A stretch of 64,000 nt of DNA from Candidatus Hydrogenedentota bacterium (GCA_903925285.1 CAIYET010000770.1:20621-84620); one strand, 5' to 3'; numbered from the stretch's first letter, positions 27,131 to 36,710 are shown. Notes: a model not told the origin generated them from the letters alone. Translations and numbers: made by a program.

Positions 27131-28051
27131 GTGGTTCTGATAACGGGCGGGGCGGGGTTCATCGGTAGCCATGTGGCGGAGGCGTTTCTCGCGGCGAGAC
27201 ATGCCGTGGCCGTGGTGGACAATCTTTGCACGGGACGGCGCGAAAACGTGCCTGCCGATGCGAGGTTTCATGCCGTGGACATTCGTTCGCAAGAATTGGC
27301 GGAGGTGTTTGCGCGCGAAAAACCCGAGTGTGTGTGCCATCTGGCCGCGCAGATGAACGTGTCCCACAGCATTCAAGACCCTCTGCACGATGCCGATGTG
27401 AACATCCTGGGATCGATCAACGTCCTCGAAAATTGTGTGCGGCACAAGGTCAGGAAAGTGGTATTCGCATCGAGCGCCGGGGCCGTCTACGGCGAACCCG
27501 AATCATTGCCCGTGAGCGAGGAGCATCCGTCCCGGGCCGCCTGCCACTACGGGGTCAGCAAATACGCCGTCGAAAATTACCTGGGCCTCTACGCGCGCCT
27601 GTATGGCCTCAACTACACCACGTTGCGGTTTGCCAACGTGTATGGGCCGCGCCAAAATCCTTCCGGCGAGGCTGGCGTCTGCGCGATTCTGATGGGCATG
27701 ATGCTTTCCGGCAAACGTCCCACTCTATATGGACGTGGCGATCCGGTTCGCGAGTATGTTTACGTGACCGACGTGGCCCAGGCGGTCCTGCGCGCGTTGG
27801 ACAAAGGCGACAACGAGACGTTCAACATCGGATCGGGGCGTGGCACAACGGTGAGAGAGGTGTTCGACGCCATTCGCGATCTGTTGGGCTTTGCACACGA
27901 ACCCATCCTCGAACCGTTGCGGCCCGGGGAAGTCAAGCGCATCTACACCAGTCCCGAAAAAGCGGCCCGCCTCTTGGGCTGGCGGGCCGAAACGGGGTTT
28001 GCCGAGGGTATCGTCAAAACCCTCGAATTCGTCAAGTGCGCGGAACTATAG
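27131..28051 (+). CDS. NAD-dependent sugar epimerase/dehydratase (GalE-like extended SDR)
   Basis: The gene has a GTG start. ITGGAGFIGSH is the Rossmann motif and YGVSKYAVE is the catalytic YxxxK. Confidence 0.85.
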   Translation: MVLITGGAGFIGSHVAEAFLAARHAVAVVDNLCTGRRENVPADARFHAVDIRSQELAEVFAREKPECVCHLAAQMNVSHSIQDPLHDADVNILGSINVLENCVRHKVRKVVFASSAGAVYGEPESLPVSEEHPSRAACHYGVSKYAVENYLGLYARLYGLNYTTLRFANVYGPRQNPSGEAGVCAILMGMMLSGKRPTLYGRGDPVREYVYVTDVAQAVLRALDKGDNETFNIGSGRGTTVREVFDAIRDLLGFAHEPILEPLRPGEVKRIYTSPEKAARLLGWRAETGFAEGIVKTLEFVKCAEL

Positions 28052-28988
28052 CGGCGGGACGGCTGTCCCGTGCGCGGGCCAGGCGCGCCACTCCGGGCGA
28101 AATCCATTGCGTGAGCCGCAAGGGAAGTTTTTCTTCGCGCTTCCCAAGTTGAACGCCAAGCCACTTTACCGCATCTACCGCCAGGATGGCCGCAGCCAAA
28201 TCGAGCCGCCCCGACGATAGAAAATGGGCCACATCGTCGCGCAGGCGGCGCAGTCCGTAGCCTGTTTCGCCGCCGATGGCGGGATTGCGCAAGATCTGCA
28301 TTTGCGTGAGCGAAAACCCGTTTTCAAACGCAAACTGCAATTCGCCACGCAGGTTGCGCCCGTGTCCATGCACGACCGCTGCGGCAGGTTCATAAACGAT
28401 CTTGAGTCCGGCCATGAAGATATCGCGGCACATCCCCTGATCTTCGGCGAGCAGTAGCGTTTCGTTGAATTTGAACCGCGCCCAGATATCGCGACGGACG
28501 GCGCTGTTCACGTTGGAGAACCGGAATAATCCCGGGTGAACGCGGCGTATTTGCGCCGGATTTCGGATGATGCGCGTGGCCGGATACTCGTGTTCCAGTG
28601 CATGCGCACGCAGCCGTCCCAATTCTGTAGGCGGTACTTGGCGGCCATAGACGCCGCCGACTGCCGGGTCGTCGAAATGCGCCACGAGACTTTTCAGCCA
28701 CTGGTTGCTCGTCGGCAATGCGTCGCCCGACAGAAACACGAGGAGATCGTTTCTTGCGTGGCTGGCGCCAAGGTTGCGCGTCTTGCCATGATGAAACTCG
28801 GCTGGCGCTATGGCAATCAAGGTCACGCCATGATCGTCGAGAAACGCAACCGTGCCATCCGATGAGCCGCTGTCGACGCAGATAATTTCCACCGGGGCAT
28901 CGAATTCTTGCGACTGAACAATGGGAAAAATCCGTTCCAGATTTTTCCGCTCGTTTTTGACGACCATTACGATAGATACGCTGTGCAT
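28032..28988 (-). CDS. Family-2 glycosyltransferase
   Basis: VSIVMVVKNERKNLERIFPIVQSQ...EIICVDSGSSDGT and LVFLSGDALP (DxD-like) are GT2 signatures. The 3' end overlaps the convergent epimerase gene by 20 nt. The start could be 29048. Confidence 0.75.
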   Translation of the reverse strand: MHSVSIVMVVKNERKNLERIFPIVQSQEFDAPVEIICVDSGSSDGTVAFLDDHGVTLIAIAPAEFHHGKTRNLGASHARNDLLVFLSGDALPTSNQWLKSLVAHFDDPAVGGVYGRQVPPTELGRLRAHALEHEYPATRIIRNPAQIRRVHPGLFRFSNVNSAVRRDIWARFKFNETLLLAEDQGMCRDIFMAGLKIVYEPAAAVVHGHGRNLRGELQFAFENGFSLTQMQILRNPAIGGETGYGLRRLRDDVAHFLSSGRLDLAAAILAVDAVKWLGVQLGKREEKLPLRLTQWISPGVARLARARDSRPAAIVPRT

Positions 28989-29016
28989 ACTCCCCTTCTC
29001 ATGGAGCGGAGGGCGA

Positions 29017-29679
29017 TTATTTGCCTCCCATGTGGAGACTGGCTTCAATATCGGTGGCTTTGGCCTGGACTTCAGCGGCTTTGGCTGGCTGGTTTATTGC
29101 CGCATATCCTTGGCGCAAGTGGTCCAGCAAATACAGGTCGTTGGGAAACCCCTTCAACGATTGTTCGAGGAAAGGTATGGCGTCCGCGATTTTTCCCGCG
29201 CGCCAACATGCCTCGGCGAGATACCGTGGAAACGTTGCCGACGTAAAGCCTGCCTCCATTGCCTTCTTGCCTTCCGCGATGGCGTCGTCATAACGCTTCA
29301 GTTCAACCAAGGCCCATGTCGTGTTTAGGCGCGCGCCCTCATCCGCGCTGCCCTTCGCGACTGCGGTTCCATAGGCTGAAATGGCGCGTCCCCAGTTTTT
29401 GAGCCGGTAATGAACATGGCCGGCCATGATGTAAGGATCGGGCTTTTCGGGGGCGCGGCGGACCGCTTCTTCTACCTGTACCAAGGCGTCCGCATACGAA
29501 TTCTGACTCATGAAAGCGGTCGCTTTCGTCAGATACGTTCGATAATCGTTTTCGCGCATGTGACGGGCATGGAATTGCAGACTCAACGTGACGCCTTCGG
29601 CGAACACAACCGCGGCTACAAGCAACATAATCCACGCGACCCAAAGGCCTTTGGTGGCGCCGCTGGTCCGCTTGCCCAT
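29017..29679 (-). CDS. Membrane-anchored TPR-repeat protein
   Basis: An N-terminal TM (LWVAWIMLLVAAVVFA) is followed by TPR-like A/Y/L-spaced helices (YADALVQVEEAVRRAP, WGRAISAYGTAV, YDDAIAEGKKAM). Its start overlaps the upstream stop (TGATG). Confidence 0.6.
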   Translation of the reverse strand: MGKRTSGATKGLWVAWIMLLVAAVVFAEGVTLSLQFHARHMRENDYRTYLTKATAFMSQNSYADALVQVEEAVRRAPEKPDPYIMAGHVHYRLKNWGRAISAYGTAVAKGSADEGARLNTTWALVELKRYDDAIAEGKKAMEAGFTSATFPRYLAEACWRAGKIADAIPFLEQSLKGFPNDLYLLDHLRQGYAAINQPAKAAEVQAKATDIEASLHMGGK

Positions 29680-31034
29680 CAGACAGATCCTTTGCCGCTG
29701 AGGACAATGCGGATGGTGCCAATGATGATGCGCAGGTCAGACATCAACGATAGCGTGCTGATGTACACCAGGTCGTAACAGAGCCGGTCTTCCGGCTGGC
29801 TGAAATAGGATCCCAGCACGTGCGACAGGCAGGTTAGGCCCGGGCGCACCGCCAGCCGTTGTTCAATCAACGGCAATTCCCGGGCATTGCTCTCGTAGTA
29901 CTCCGTCCAGGCCGGCCGCGGACCAATCAGACTCATGTCGCCGCGCAGCACGTTGAACAACTGGGGTATCTCGTCGATTCGGTGCTTGCGGATAAGCCGG
30001 CCCACGGGCGTGATGCGCGAGTCGCCTTTCTTGGCCAGCACATGTCCGTTTTCATCCTTGAGATCAACCCCTTCCATCATTGAACGGAACTTGTAAATTT
30101 TGAATGGACGGCCGCCTTTGCCAAGACGCTCTTGCACGTATAGTACGCGGCCCGGCGAGCTTAGTTTGATGGCGATGGCGGTCACAATGCACACAGGGGC
30201 AAGCGCCAGCAGCCCCAGTGCCGATGCAACAATATCCATCAGGCGTTTGACGTACAGATACGGCGACAACATCTGCTCCGAGGCGACCTCGATCAGAGGC
30301 ACGCCGGCCACGGCGGTCAGATTCTTATGCTGGAACAACAGCACATCGCTGAGGTTCGGATGCAGAAACGTGCGCCGGAAATTCTGCCGGCAGAAATCAA
30401 GCATCTCCTGCAACTGATTGTGATCGGCCCGGGCAAGCGTGATTACGGCGTTTTCATGCGCAAAATACTCGATTCCCAGTTCCTTCTTTCGGCGTTCGAC
30501 CTTTTCTTTCAGCACATTAAGGCTGATGTAGCGCCCGCCTGCTCGTGGATGCCGAGATATCTCCCTGGCAATGCGTTCGGCATTCTCGCGACTGCCCAAT
30601 ACATAGAAGTAGCGGTGAAACAGGCGGAAACGACCGCCAAGAGACGCTGCGAAATAACGCCATGCCCCCAAGAAAATCCCGCCTGCAAACACGCTCAGTA
30701 TCATTTCACGCCGTGATATCGCCCGCAGTTCCGCCGGTATGACCGACGCAAGTACCAGGCCCGCAAGGCTCGTAAAGAATACCGCCCCCAGCGAATAGTA
30801 GACCGCATCGAACCGGTCCGTAATGCGTGATGGACGATAGGCCCCCATCATCACCGATGTCACCGCAAACAGCGCAAGACACACCAATCGATCACGGCGG
30901 ATTAGTCCGAAATCTACCTGCGCCAATGTTTCAAGGCGCGCCGCCGTTACCAGGTTGAGGGCCACCCAATACACAACCAGATCCGTCAAGAAAAACATGA
31001 ACAGGATCCGGCGCTCTTCTCGCAATCGCTTCAT
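29679..31034 (-). CDS. Large polyprenyl glycosylphosphotransferase (WbaP/EPS priming transferase with N-terminal TM domain)
   Basis: VKRLMDIVASALGLLALAPVCIVTAIAIKLSSPGRVLYVQERLGKGGRPFKIYKFRSM, DEIPQLFNVLRGDMSLIGPRP and an N-terminal multi-TM region are all present. Confidence 0.85.
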   Translation of the reverse strand: MKRLREERRILFMFFLTDLVVYWVALNLVTAARLETLAQVDFGLIRRDRLVCLALFAVTSVMMGAYRPSRITDRFDAVYYSLGAVFFTSLAGLVLASVIPAELRAISRREMILSVFAGGIFLGAWRYFAASLGGRFRLFHRYFYVLGSRENAERIAREISRHPRAGGRYISLNVLKEKVERRKKELGIEYFAHENAVITLARADHNQLQEMLDFCRQNFRRTFLHPNLSDVLLFQHKNLTAVAGVPLIEVASEQMLSPYLYVKRLMDIVASALGLLALAPVCIVTAIAIKLSSPGRVLYVQERLGKGGRPFKIYKFRSMMEGVDLKDENGHVLAKKGDSRITPVGRLIRKHRIDEIPQLFNVLRGDMSLIGPRPAWTEYYESNARELPLIEQRLAVRPGLTCLSHVLGSYFSQPEDRLCYDLVYISTLSLMSDLRIIIGTIRIVLSGKGSV

Positions 31035-31174
31035 GCAATCGCCTTACTGGAAGTCCAAGACACACAACATCCGCAGGCAAGTTACGGACACCCAGATAGT
31101 AGCATGTCAAGAACAATGCAGGCAAGAGTTTGCGATGAGGACCAGGGGTTGCGCATGAACGACGCCAAATGGCT

Positions 31175-31597
31175 TCACTCTTCCGGCTGTACGTTCCCCT
31201 GCGGCGCGGAATCGGATTCGCCATGGTTGGGTAGCAAGTTCTTCAACCCTTCAAACGCCTTGAAGCCAAGAGTCGGTCCGTTGCCGCCCATCGGAGATCC
31301 CTCATAATGCTCCCGCTGTTGAGGCGTCTCATGCTCATTATCATGGCAATACAGACACAGCAATTCCCAGTTGCTGCCGTCGGGCGGATTGTTCATGTGA
31401 TCGTTGTCTCGATGATGAACCGTCAGTTCACGAAGCCGCTTGCCAGAGAATTCGCGGCCGCACCGCCCACAAACGTGTGGATAGATGTTGAGCGCCTGCT
31501 CGCGATAGCTCTTGTCTCGAAGAGCGTGATCGCGCTGAACTTCAGCAAGAATCCTAGCCTTCTCATCGGGACTTAACGGCTGCTTTTTGGTTGACAT
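31175..31597 (-). CDS. yajD: YajD-like HNH nuclease-fold protein
   Basis: YPHVCGRCGREFSGKRLRELTVHHRDNDHMNNPPDGSNWELLCLYCHDNEHE closely parallels E. coli YajD. I chose the start at Met17 of the listed ORF. Confidence 0.75.
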   Translation of the reverse strand: MSTKKQPLSPDEKARILAEVQRDHALRDKSYREQALNIYPHVCGRCGREFSGKRLRELTVHHRDNDHMNNPPDGSNWELLCLYCHDNEHETPQQREHYEGSPMGGNGPTLGFKAFEGLKNLLPNHGESDSAPQGNVQPEE

Positions 31598-31771
31598 TTT
31601 TGTGACCTCGACTCGTTTCTCTGCCGACGCAGACGTCTTGCGCACAGCGGATTGGCTGCCCAGCTTGCTGAATCTACAATACTCGCGGACCTTATCTCAA
31701 GGTGGGGAGGCTGGCGCAAGTGCAAATACCGTGCGCGCACGCACGACCCTTTGTCGTGCTGCGCGGCGCTG

Positions 31772-32284
31772 TCAGTAGCTGAATACGGCTACACACAGCA
31801 TGGCGAGACCCACCGCGAGTTTCGCAAACATGCCTCCGAGCCGCCCCAACGCGGCCCCGATGCCTGTTCGGATCGACGCGCCGGGCGTCTTGTTCGCAAT
31901 CAACAGTTCGAAAAGCATTGCGCCTGAAAAGGCTCCCAAGAACGCGCCTGCCAACGTGCCGAGCAACGGGAACCACGGCGTCCCCATGATGGCCCCGGCG
32001 ATGCACCCCACCAGCGACGAAATCGCGGCCCCGCGGCCACCGCCAAAGCGCGATGCGCCGTAGCCTGCGGCAAGCATCTCGAGGACTTCTCCCAGCACGC
32101 CCAGGACCAGCAGAAAAATCATCGGCCACAATCCAAAATGCTCAAACCCCGTCACCGCCCACGCCACCGCAATGGTCCCGAGAATCACCCAATTCCCGAA
32201 CAAGCCAACGAGATCCAACGCCAGCCCTACGGTTATCCCCAGACCGAAAAACGTCCATCCAATAATACTTAACGCGAATGCCAT
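31772..32284 (-). CDS. DUF456-like small membrane protein
   Basis: A 170-aa protein with four Gly-rich TM helices. GLFGNWVILG and a repeated G-x-x-x-G pattern are typical of DUF456. Confidence 0.5.
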   Translation of the reverse strand: MAFALSIIGWTFFGLGITVGLALDLVGLFGNWVILGTIAVAWAVTGFEHFGLWPMIFLLVLGVLGEVLEMLAAGYGASRFGGGRGAAISSLVGCIAGAIMGTPWFPLLGTLAGAFLGAFSGAMLFELLIANKTPGASIRTGIGAALGRLGGMFAKLAVGLAMLCVAVFSY

Positions 32285-32335
32285 GTTTCTTCTCCGGATG
32301 CCTCGTGCATGCAGTCTACACTGTGGCCCTGCTTT

Positions 32336-32471
32336 AACCTAAAAAAGGCAGTTGGTGCAGGCAGGCATTGCTAAAAGAATGGGATTTATGAGAAGAATGG
32401 GGAGAATGGGACATCTTGACCGTTCGCCCTGCAGGTGAGAACCCTATTTGTCCCATAAGTCCCATTCTTTA
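32336..32471. repeat. Intergenic element starting with the 17-mer AACCTAAAAAAGGCAGT and containing an imperfect inverted repeat (CTAAAAGAATGGGATTTATG / CATAAGTCCCATTCTTTAG)
   Basis: The 17-mer is identical to the one at 48535-48551. The arms are at ~32381-32400 and ~32451-32471. Confidence 0.6.
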
Positions 32472-32519
32472 GGCGATGCTCCCTTGTTTCATGATCTCGC
32501 CGCCTCGGCGACAGAACCC

Positions 32520-33614
32520 TTATGCGCCAGCCTTGGATTCGTCCATGAGTTTGGTAAAACGGTCGAAGAGGTAGCGGCTGTCGTGCGGACCGGGCGAGGC
32601 TTCGGGATGGTACTGCACGCTGAAAATGGGGTACTCGCGATGGTCCATGCCTTCGATGGACTGGTCGTTGAGATTGGTGTGCGTGATGCGGACCTTCTCG
32701 ATGTCGAGCGAGTTCGGGTCGACTGCGAACCCGTGGTTTTGTGCGCTGATCTCGACTTGGCCCGTGATATGGTTGAGCACGGGCTGGTTGGCGCCCCGGT
32801 GACCGAACTTGAGCTTATAGGTTGTGCCGCCATACGCGTGGCCGAGCAGTTGGTGGCCGAGGCAGATCCCAAAAATCGGCGTCTTGCCGAAGAGTCCCTG
32901 GATCGTCGGATACAGGTACGGTAGCGCGGCGGGGTCGCCGGGGCCGTTTGACAGAAATATGCCGTCGGGCTTCTGCGCGAGGACGTCTTCGAGGCCCGTC
33001 GTGGCGGGCATGACGATGACGCGGCAACCGTTGGCCTCCAACCGGCGCAGGATGTTGTACTTGATGCCGTAGTCCATTGCGACGACGCGGTACTTGCCCT
33101 CGGCGTTCGGATTCCACTCATACGGCGTGTCAACGCTGACCGCCTTGACGTAATCGCTTCCGGACATCGGCGGCGAAGCGAGCGCCTTCCCGACCAAGCT
33201 GTCGTGGTCGAGATCGACCGTGCTGATGACGGAACGTTGCGCGCCTTTCGTACGGAGGAGCTTTGTAATCTTGCGGGTATCGACGCCGTCGATTGCGACG
33301 ACGTTGTGCTGCTTGAGGTAATCCGGCAGCGACATTTTTGCACGCCAGTTGCTCGGTTTCATGCAGCATTCGCGCATGACGAACCCTTCGGCAAAAGGCT
33401 TGCGCGACTCGATGTCTTCGTCGTTGCAGCCGTAATTGCCGATCAGCGGATAGGTCATCGTGACGATCTGCCCGGCGTACGACGGGTCCGTCAGGATTTC
33501 CTGATAGCCCGTCATACTGGTGTTGAACACCAGTTCGCCGAAACTCACGCCCTCCGCGCCTACCGCGTTGCCTTCGAATACGCTCCCATCTTCCAGCGCC
33601 AATACTGCTTTCAA
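32520..33614 (-). CDS. carA: Carbamoyl-phosphate synthase small (glutaminase) subunit
   Basis: The N-terminus is [45 protein letters not shown]. The GATase block is [12 protein letters not shown], followed by VQYHPEA. Confidence 0.95.
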   Translation of the reverse strand: MKAVLALEDGSVFEGNAVGAEGVSFGELVFNTSMTGYQEILTDPSYAGQIVTMTYPLIGNYGCNDEDIESRKPFAEGFVMRECCMKPSNWRAKMSLPDYLKQHNVVAIDGVDTRKITKLLRTKGAQRSVISTVDLDHDSLVGKALASPPMSGSDYVKAVSVDTPYEWNPNAEGKYRVVAMDYGIKYNILRRLEANGCRVIVMPATTGLEDVLAQKPDGIFLSNGPGDPAALPYLYPTIQGLFGKTPIFGICLGHQLLGHAYGGTTYKLKFGHRGANQPVLNHITGQVEISAQNHGFAVDPNSLDIEKVRITHTNLNDQSIEGMDHREYPIFSVQYHPEASPGPHDSRYLFDRFTKLMDESKAGA

Positions 33615-33653
33615 TTACAGTTCCTCTTTTTACAGGAGTCAGGATTCCGAATT

Positions 33654-33792
33654 AAGGATGAAGGATGAAGGATGAAAAAAGCTGTAGGCTTCAGGCTTCA
33701 GGCTTCAGGCTTCAGGCTTCAGGCTTCAGGCTTCAGCAATAATCCACAATCTACAATCCGCAATCGCCAATTCATCCTTCATCCTTCATCCT
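33654..33792. repeat. Composite heptamer-array palindrome: (AAGGATG)x3, (GGCTTCA)x7, (AATCNNC)x4, (TTCATCC)x3
   Basis: Read directly from the sequence. The outer arms (33654-33676 and 33771-33792) are reverse complements. The element lies between pyrC and carA. Confidence 0.9.
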
Positions 33793-33812
33793 TTTCTTCT
33801 TTTACTTGGCTC

Positions 33813-35084
33813 TCAAGGGTGTTGGTACACCACTTTTCCGTCGCAGATTGTCGTCATGACCTTGCCGCGAAGCCTTTCACCCGCGAATGGCGTGTTGCGG
33901 CTCAATGAGGCAAACACCGCCGGATCGACGGTCCATTCCGCTTTTGGAGCGAAGACTGCGATATCCGCCGGACCGCCTTCCGAAAGCGTTCCGACGGGCA
34001 AATTCAAGATGCGTGCCGGCGCGGCGGTCATCAACTCGATGGCCCGTTCGAGCGACACGACTTCGGTCTCGACCAAGCCCGTGACGGCGAGGCCGAGGGC
34101 CGTTTCAAGCCCGACGATGCCGAACGGCGCCAATTGGAACTCGACATCTTTATCGGACACGGTATGCGGAGCGTGATCCGTCGCGATACAGTCGATGGTC
34201 CCATCGGCGAGGGCTGCGCGGATGGCCGCGACGTCGCTTGCCTCGCGCAACGGCGGGTTCATCTTCGCGTCGGTGCTGAACGTCGTGACGGCTTCGTCCG
34301 TCAGCATCCAGTAATGCGGCGCCGTCTCGCACGTCACACGCGCGCCGTTGGCCTTGGCGCGGCGGATGATCTCGACGCCGCCTGCCGTTGTCACGTGCTG
34401 GATGTGAATCTTCGCGCCGGCCAGCGCCGCCAGACGGATGTTCCGGTCGATGCGAATCTCTTCCATCTCGCGCGGCATGCCTGACAGGCCAAGCCGGGTC
34501 GAGTTATAGCCTTCATTCATCGCGCCGGCATCCATCAGCGATGCGTCTTCGCAATGGGCGAGGTACGTCAAGCCGCACATGTCGGCATATTCGAGCACGC
34601 GCCGCATGACCCAACTGCTCGCGATATCCGAACCGTCGTCGGTGACCGCCACCACGCCGATGTCTTTGAGTTCGCCCATCTCCGTCATTTCCTGGCCCGC
34701 GCGCTCCTTCGTGGCACACGCGCTCGGCCAGACCTTGATGCAGGCCGTTTCGCGAGCGCGGCGGATGACGAATTCGACCATGCCGGCATTGTCGATGGGC
34801 GGCGCGGTATTGGGCATCGGCACGACGGACGTAAAACCGCCGCGCGCCGCCGCTTTGCTGCCCGATGCGATGGTCTCTTTGGACTCGTAACCAGGCTCGC
34901 GAAAATGGACGTGGATGTCTACAAAACCGGGACATACTACGTAACCGGCGGCATCGATGGTCTTCGTGCCTTTCAGTCCCTTGCCGATCCGCGCGATATG
35001 CCCATGCTCGACGAGTATGTCGGCGATTTCCGAGCGCCCGGACGCAGGGTCAATCATATAACCGTTGACGATCGCGAGGCTCAT
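33813..35084 (-). CDS. pyrC: Dihydroorotase
   Basis: DIHVHFREPGYESKETIASGSKAAARGGFTSVVPMPNT and CATDHAPH are present. The start overlaps the pyrB stop. Confidence 0.9.
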   Translation of the reverse strand: MSLAIVNGYMIDPASGRSEIADILVEHGHIARIGKGLKGTKTIDAAGYVVCPGFVDIHVHFREPGYESKETIASGSKAAARGGFTSVVPMPNTAPPIDNAGMVEFVIRRARETACIKVWPSACATKERAGQEMTEMGELKDIGVVAVTDDGSDIASSWVMRRVLEYADMCGLTYLAHCEDASLMDAGAMNEGYNSTRLGLSGMPREMEEIRIDRNIRLAALAGAKIHIQHVTTAGGVEIIRRAKANGARVTCETAPHYWMLTDEAVTTFSTDAKMNPPLREASDVAAIRAALADGTIDCIATDHAPHTVSDKDVEFQLAPFGIVGLETALGLAVTGLVETEVVSLERAIELMTAAPARILNLPVGTLSEGGPADIAVFAPKAEWTVDPAVFASLSRNTPFAGERLRGKVMTTICDGKVVYQHP

Positions 35085-36064
35085 GCGCTTTCCCCTCTCC
35101 CGCTATTGACGAGCAGGTGCATGATGGCCATGCGCACCGCCACGCCATTGGTGACCTGGCGCAGAATGACGCTTCGCGCGCCGTCGGCGACCCCCGCCGC
35201 GAGTTCGATGTCGCGGTTGATGGGACCGGGGTGCATGATGAGCGCATGCGGTGGCGCGAGCCGGAGCGACTCCTGGTCGACGCGGAACAACCGAATATAT
35301 TCGCGCACGCTGGGGAACAGGCAGTTCTGTTGCCGCTCGAACTGGATCCGCAACGCGTAAATCACGTCTGCGTCGCAGATCGCCTCGCGCAAATCCGTCG
35401 TGACCGTTACGCCCATCCGTTCGATGTGCGGCGGGATCAGCGTGCGCGGGCCGCAGAGCGTGACGTGGGCGCCGAGCTTCGTCAGGCACCAGATATTGCT
35501 GCGCGCGACGCGGCTGTTGGCGATATCGCCGATAATCGCCACGCGCAAACCATCGAGTTGCGCGTTCGGATCCTGCTGGACTTCACGGATATGCTCGCGC
35601 ATCGTGAACGCATCGAGCAGCGCCTGCGTCGGATGCTCATGCCGTCCGTCGCCCGCGTTGATGATATGCGACGGATGCCGTTGCGCGAGGATGTGCGCCG
35701 CGCCCGCGTAGCTGTGCCGAATGACCACGAGATCCGTCCGCATCGCCTCGATGTTTGCAAGCGTATCGTGCAACGTCTCGCCCTTGACTGTGCTCGAGGC
35801 CGACGCCGTAATCGAAAGCGTATCCGCGCTGAGGCGCTTCGCAGCGAGTTCGAACGAGGTCCGCGTGCGCGTGCTCGGTTCGTAGAACCAGTTTACGACC
35901 AGCCGCCCCTGCAGCAACGGTACCTTCTTGATACCGCTCTCGCGTGCGGATACGGCGACGAACTGTGGCGCAGTGTCCAAGATGAGCGTGATTTCGTCGC
36001 GAGAAAGCTCCTCGATGCCCAAGAGATCCTTGCGCGTCCACGCGCCCTTTGCTGGAGGCGTCAT
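35081..36064 (-). CDS. pyrB: Aspartate carbamoyltransferase catalytic subunit
   Basis: EPSTRTRTSFELAAKRLSA, HPTQALLD and HPGP motifs are present. The start overlaps the pyrR stop. Confidence 0.95.
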   Translation of the reverse strand: MTPPAKGAWTRKDLLGIEELSRDEITLILDTAPQFVAVSARESGIKKVPLLQGRLVVNWFYEPSTRTRTSFELAAKRLSADTLSITASASSTVKGETLHDTLANIEAMRTDLVVIRHSYAGAAHILAQRHPSHIINAGDGRHEHPTQALLDAFTMREHIREVQQDPNAQLDGLRVAIIGDIANSRVARSNIWCLTKLGAHVTLCGPRTLIPPHIERMGVTVTTDLREAICDADVIYALRIQFERQQNCLFPSVREYIRLFRVDQESLRLAPPHALIMHPGPINRDIELAAGVADGARSVILRQVTNGVAVRMAIMHLLVNSGRGESA

Positions 36065-36690
36065 GGCTCGCCTCCCTGTTCCGTCTTGGGCGTGCGGGTG
36101 TCAAGCAGAACGATATCCTCGCCGTCTATTTCCTTGAGCCGGACCGACACGTATTCGCCGTGCGCAGTGGGTACGCTCCAGCCGAGGTAATCCGGCTGAA
36201 TCGGCAGTTCGCGCCCGCCCCGGTCGATGAGACACGCCAGTTGGATGCGCGCCGGCCGTCCATAGTCCATGACCTCATCGAGCGCGGCGCGGATCGTGCG
36301 TCCCGCCGCCAGCACATCGTCGACCAGAATGACTGTTTTGCCGTCGATGGGAAAAGCGAAGTGCGTCGTGCCGCCGCCCACTTTGATCGTACCCATGCCC
36401 ACACGCAAGTCGTCGCGGTACAACGTCGTCGCCAGCGAGCCAACTGGCGGAGCGGGTAAAACCCCCGTCATCGCGCAAATTTGCGCCGCCAGCCGTTCCG
36501 CCAGCGGACGCCCACGGCTCAAAATCCCCAATAACGCCAGCGAGGACACGTCCAAATTCGCCGAGACGATCTCCTGCGCCATCCGGTGAATCGCCGCGTC
36601 CATCGCGGCCGCATCCATCACAACCGTCCCCGCGAAATCACTGGTTAGCGACGATTTCACGATGTCCGTTGCTCCCTGGTCTGCATTCAT
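36061..36690 (-). CDS. pyrR: Bifunctional pyrimidine operon regulator / uracil phosphoribosyltransferase
   Basis: The PRPP-binding loop is VILVDDVLAAGRTIRAAL. LLGILSRGRPLAERLA and DRGGRELPIQPDYLG are also present. Confidence 0.9.
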   Translation of the reverse strand: MNADQGATDIVKSSLTSDFAGTVVMDAAAMDAAIHRMAQEIVSANLDVSSLALLGILSRGRPLAERLAAQICAMTGVLPAPPVGSLATTLYRDDLRVGMGTIKVGGGTTHFAFPIDGKTVILVDDVLAAGRTIRAALDEVMDYGRPARIQLACLIDRGGRELPIQPDYLGWSVPTAHGEYVSVRLKEIDGEDIVLLDTRTPKTEQGGEP

Positions 36691-36710
36691 AAGCGTTCTA
36701 CCGTCCAGGC

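Noticed and set aside
28032-28051. 20-nt overlap of the convergent epimerase and GT2 3' ends as a regulatory antisense feature
   Set aside because: Short convergent overlaps are common in compact GC-rich genomes, and no structure or motif is evident.
33672-33908. 78-aa ORF beginning MKKAVGFRLQASGFRLQASGF
   Set aside because: It is simply the (GGCTTCA)7 array read in frame and then extended into pyrC antisense. It has no RBS or independent support.
35117-36190. 357-aa plus-strand ORF opposite pyrB/pyrR, and several internal ORFs within carA and pyrC
   Set aside because: The pyr gene products are unambiguous on the minus strand.
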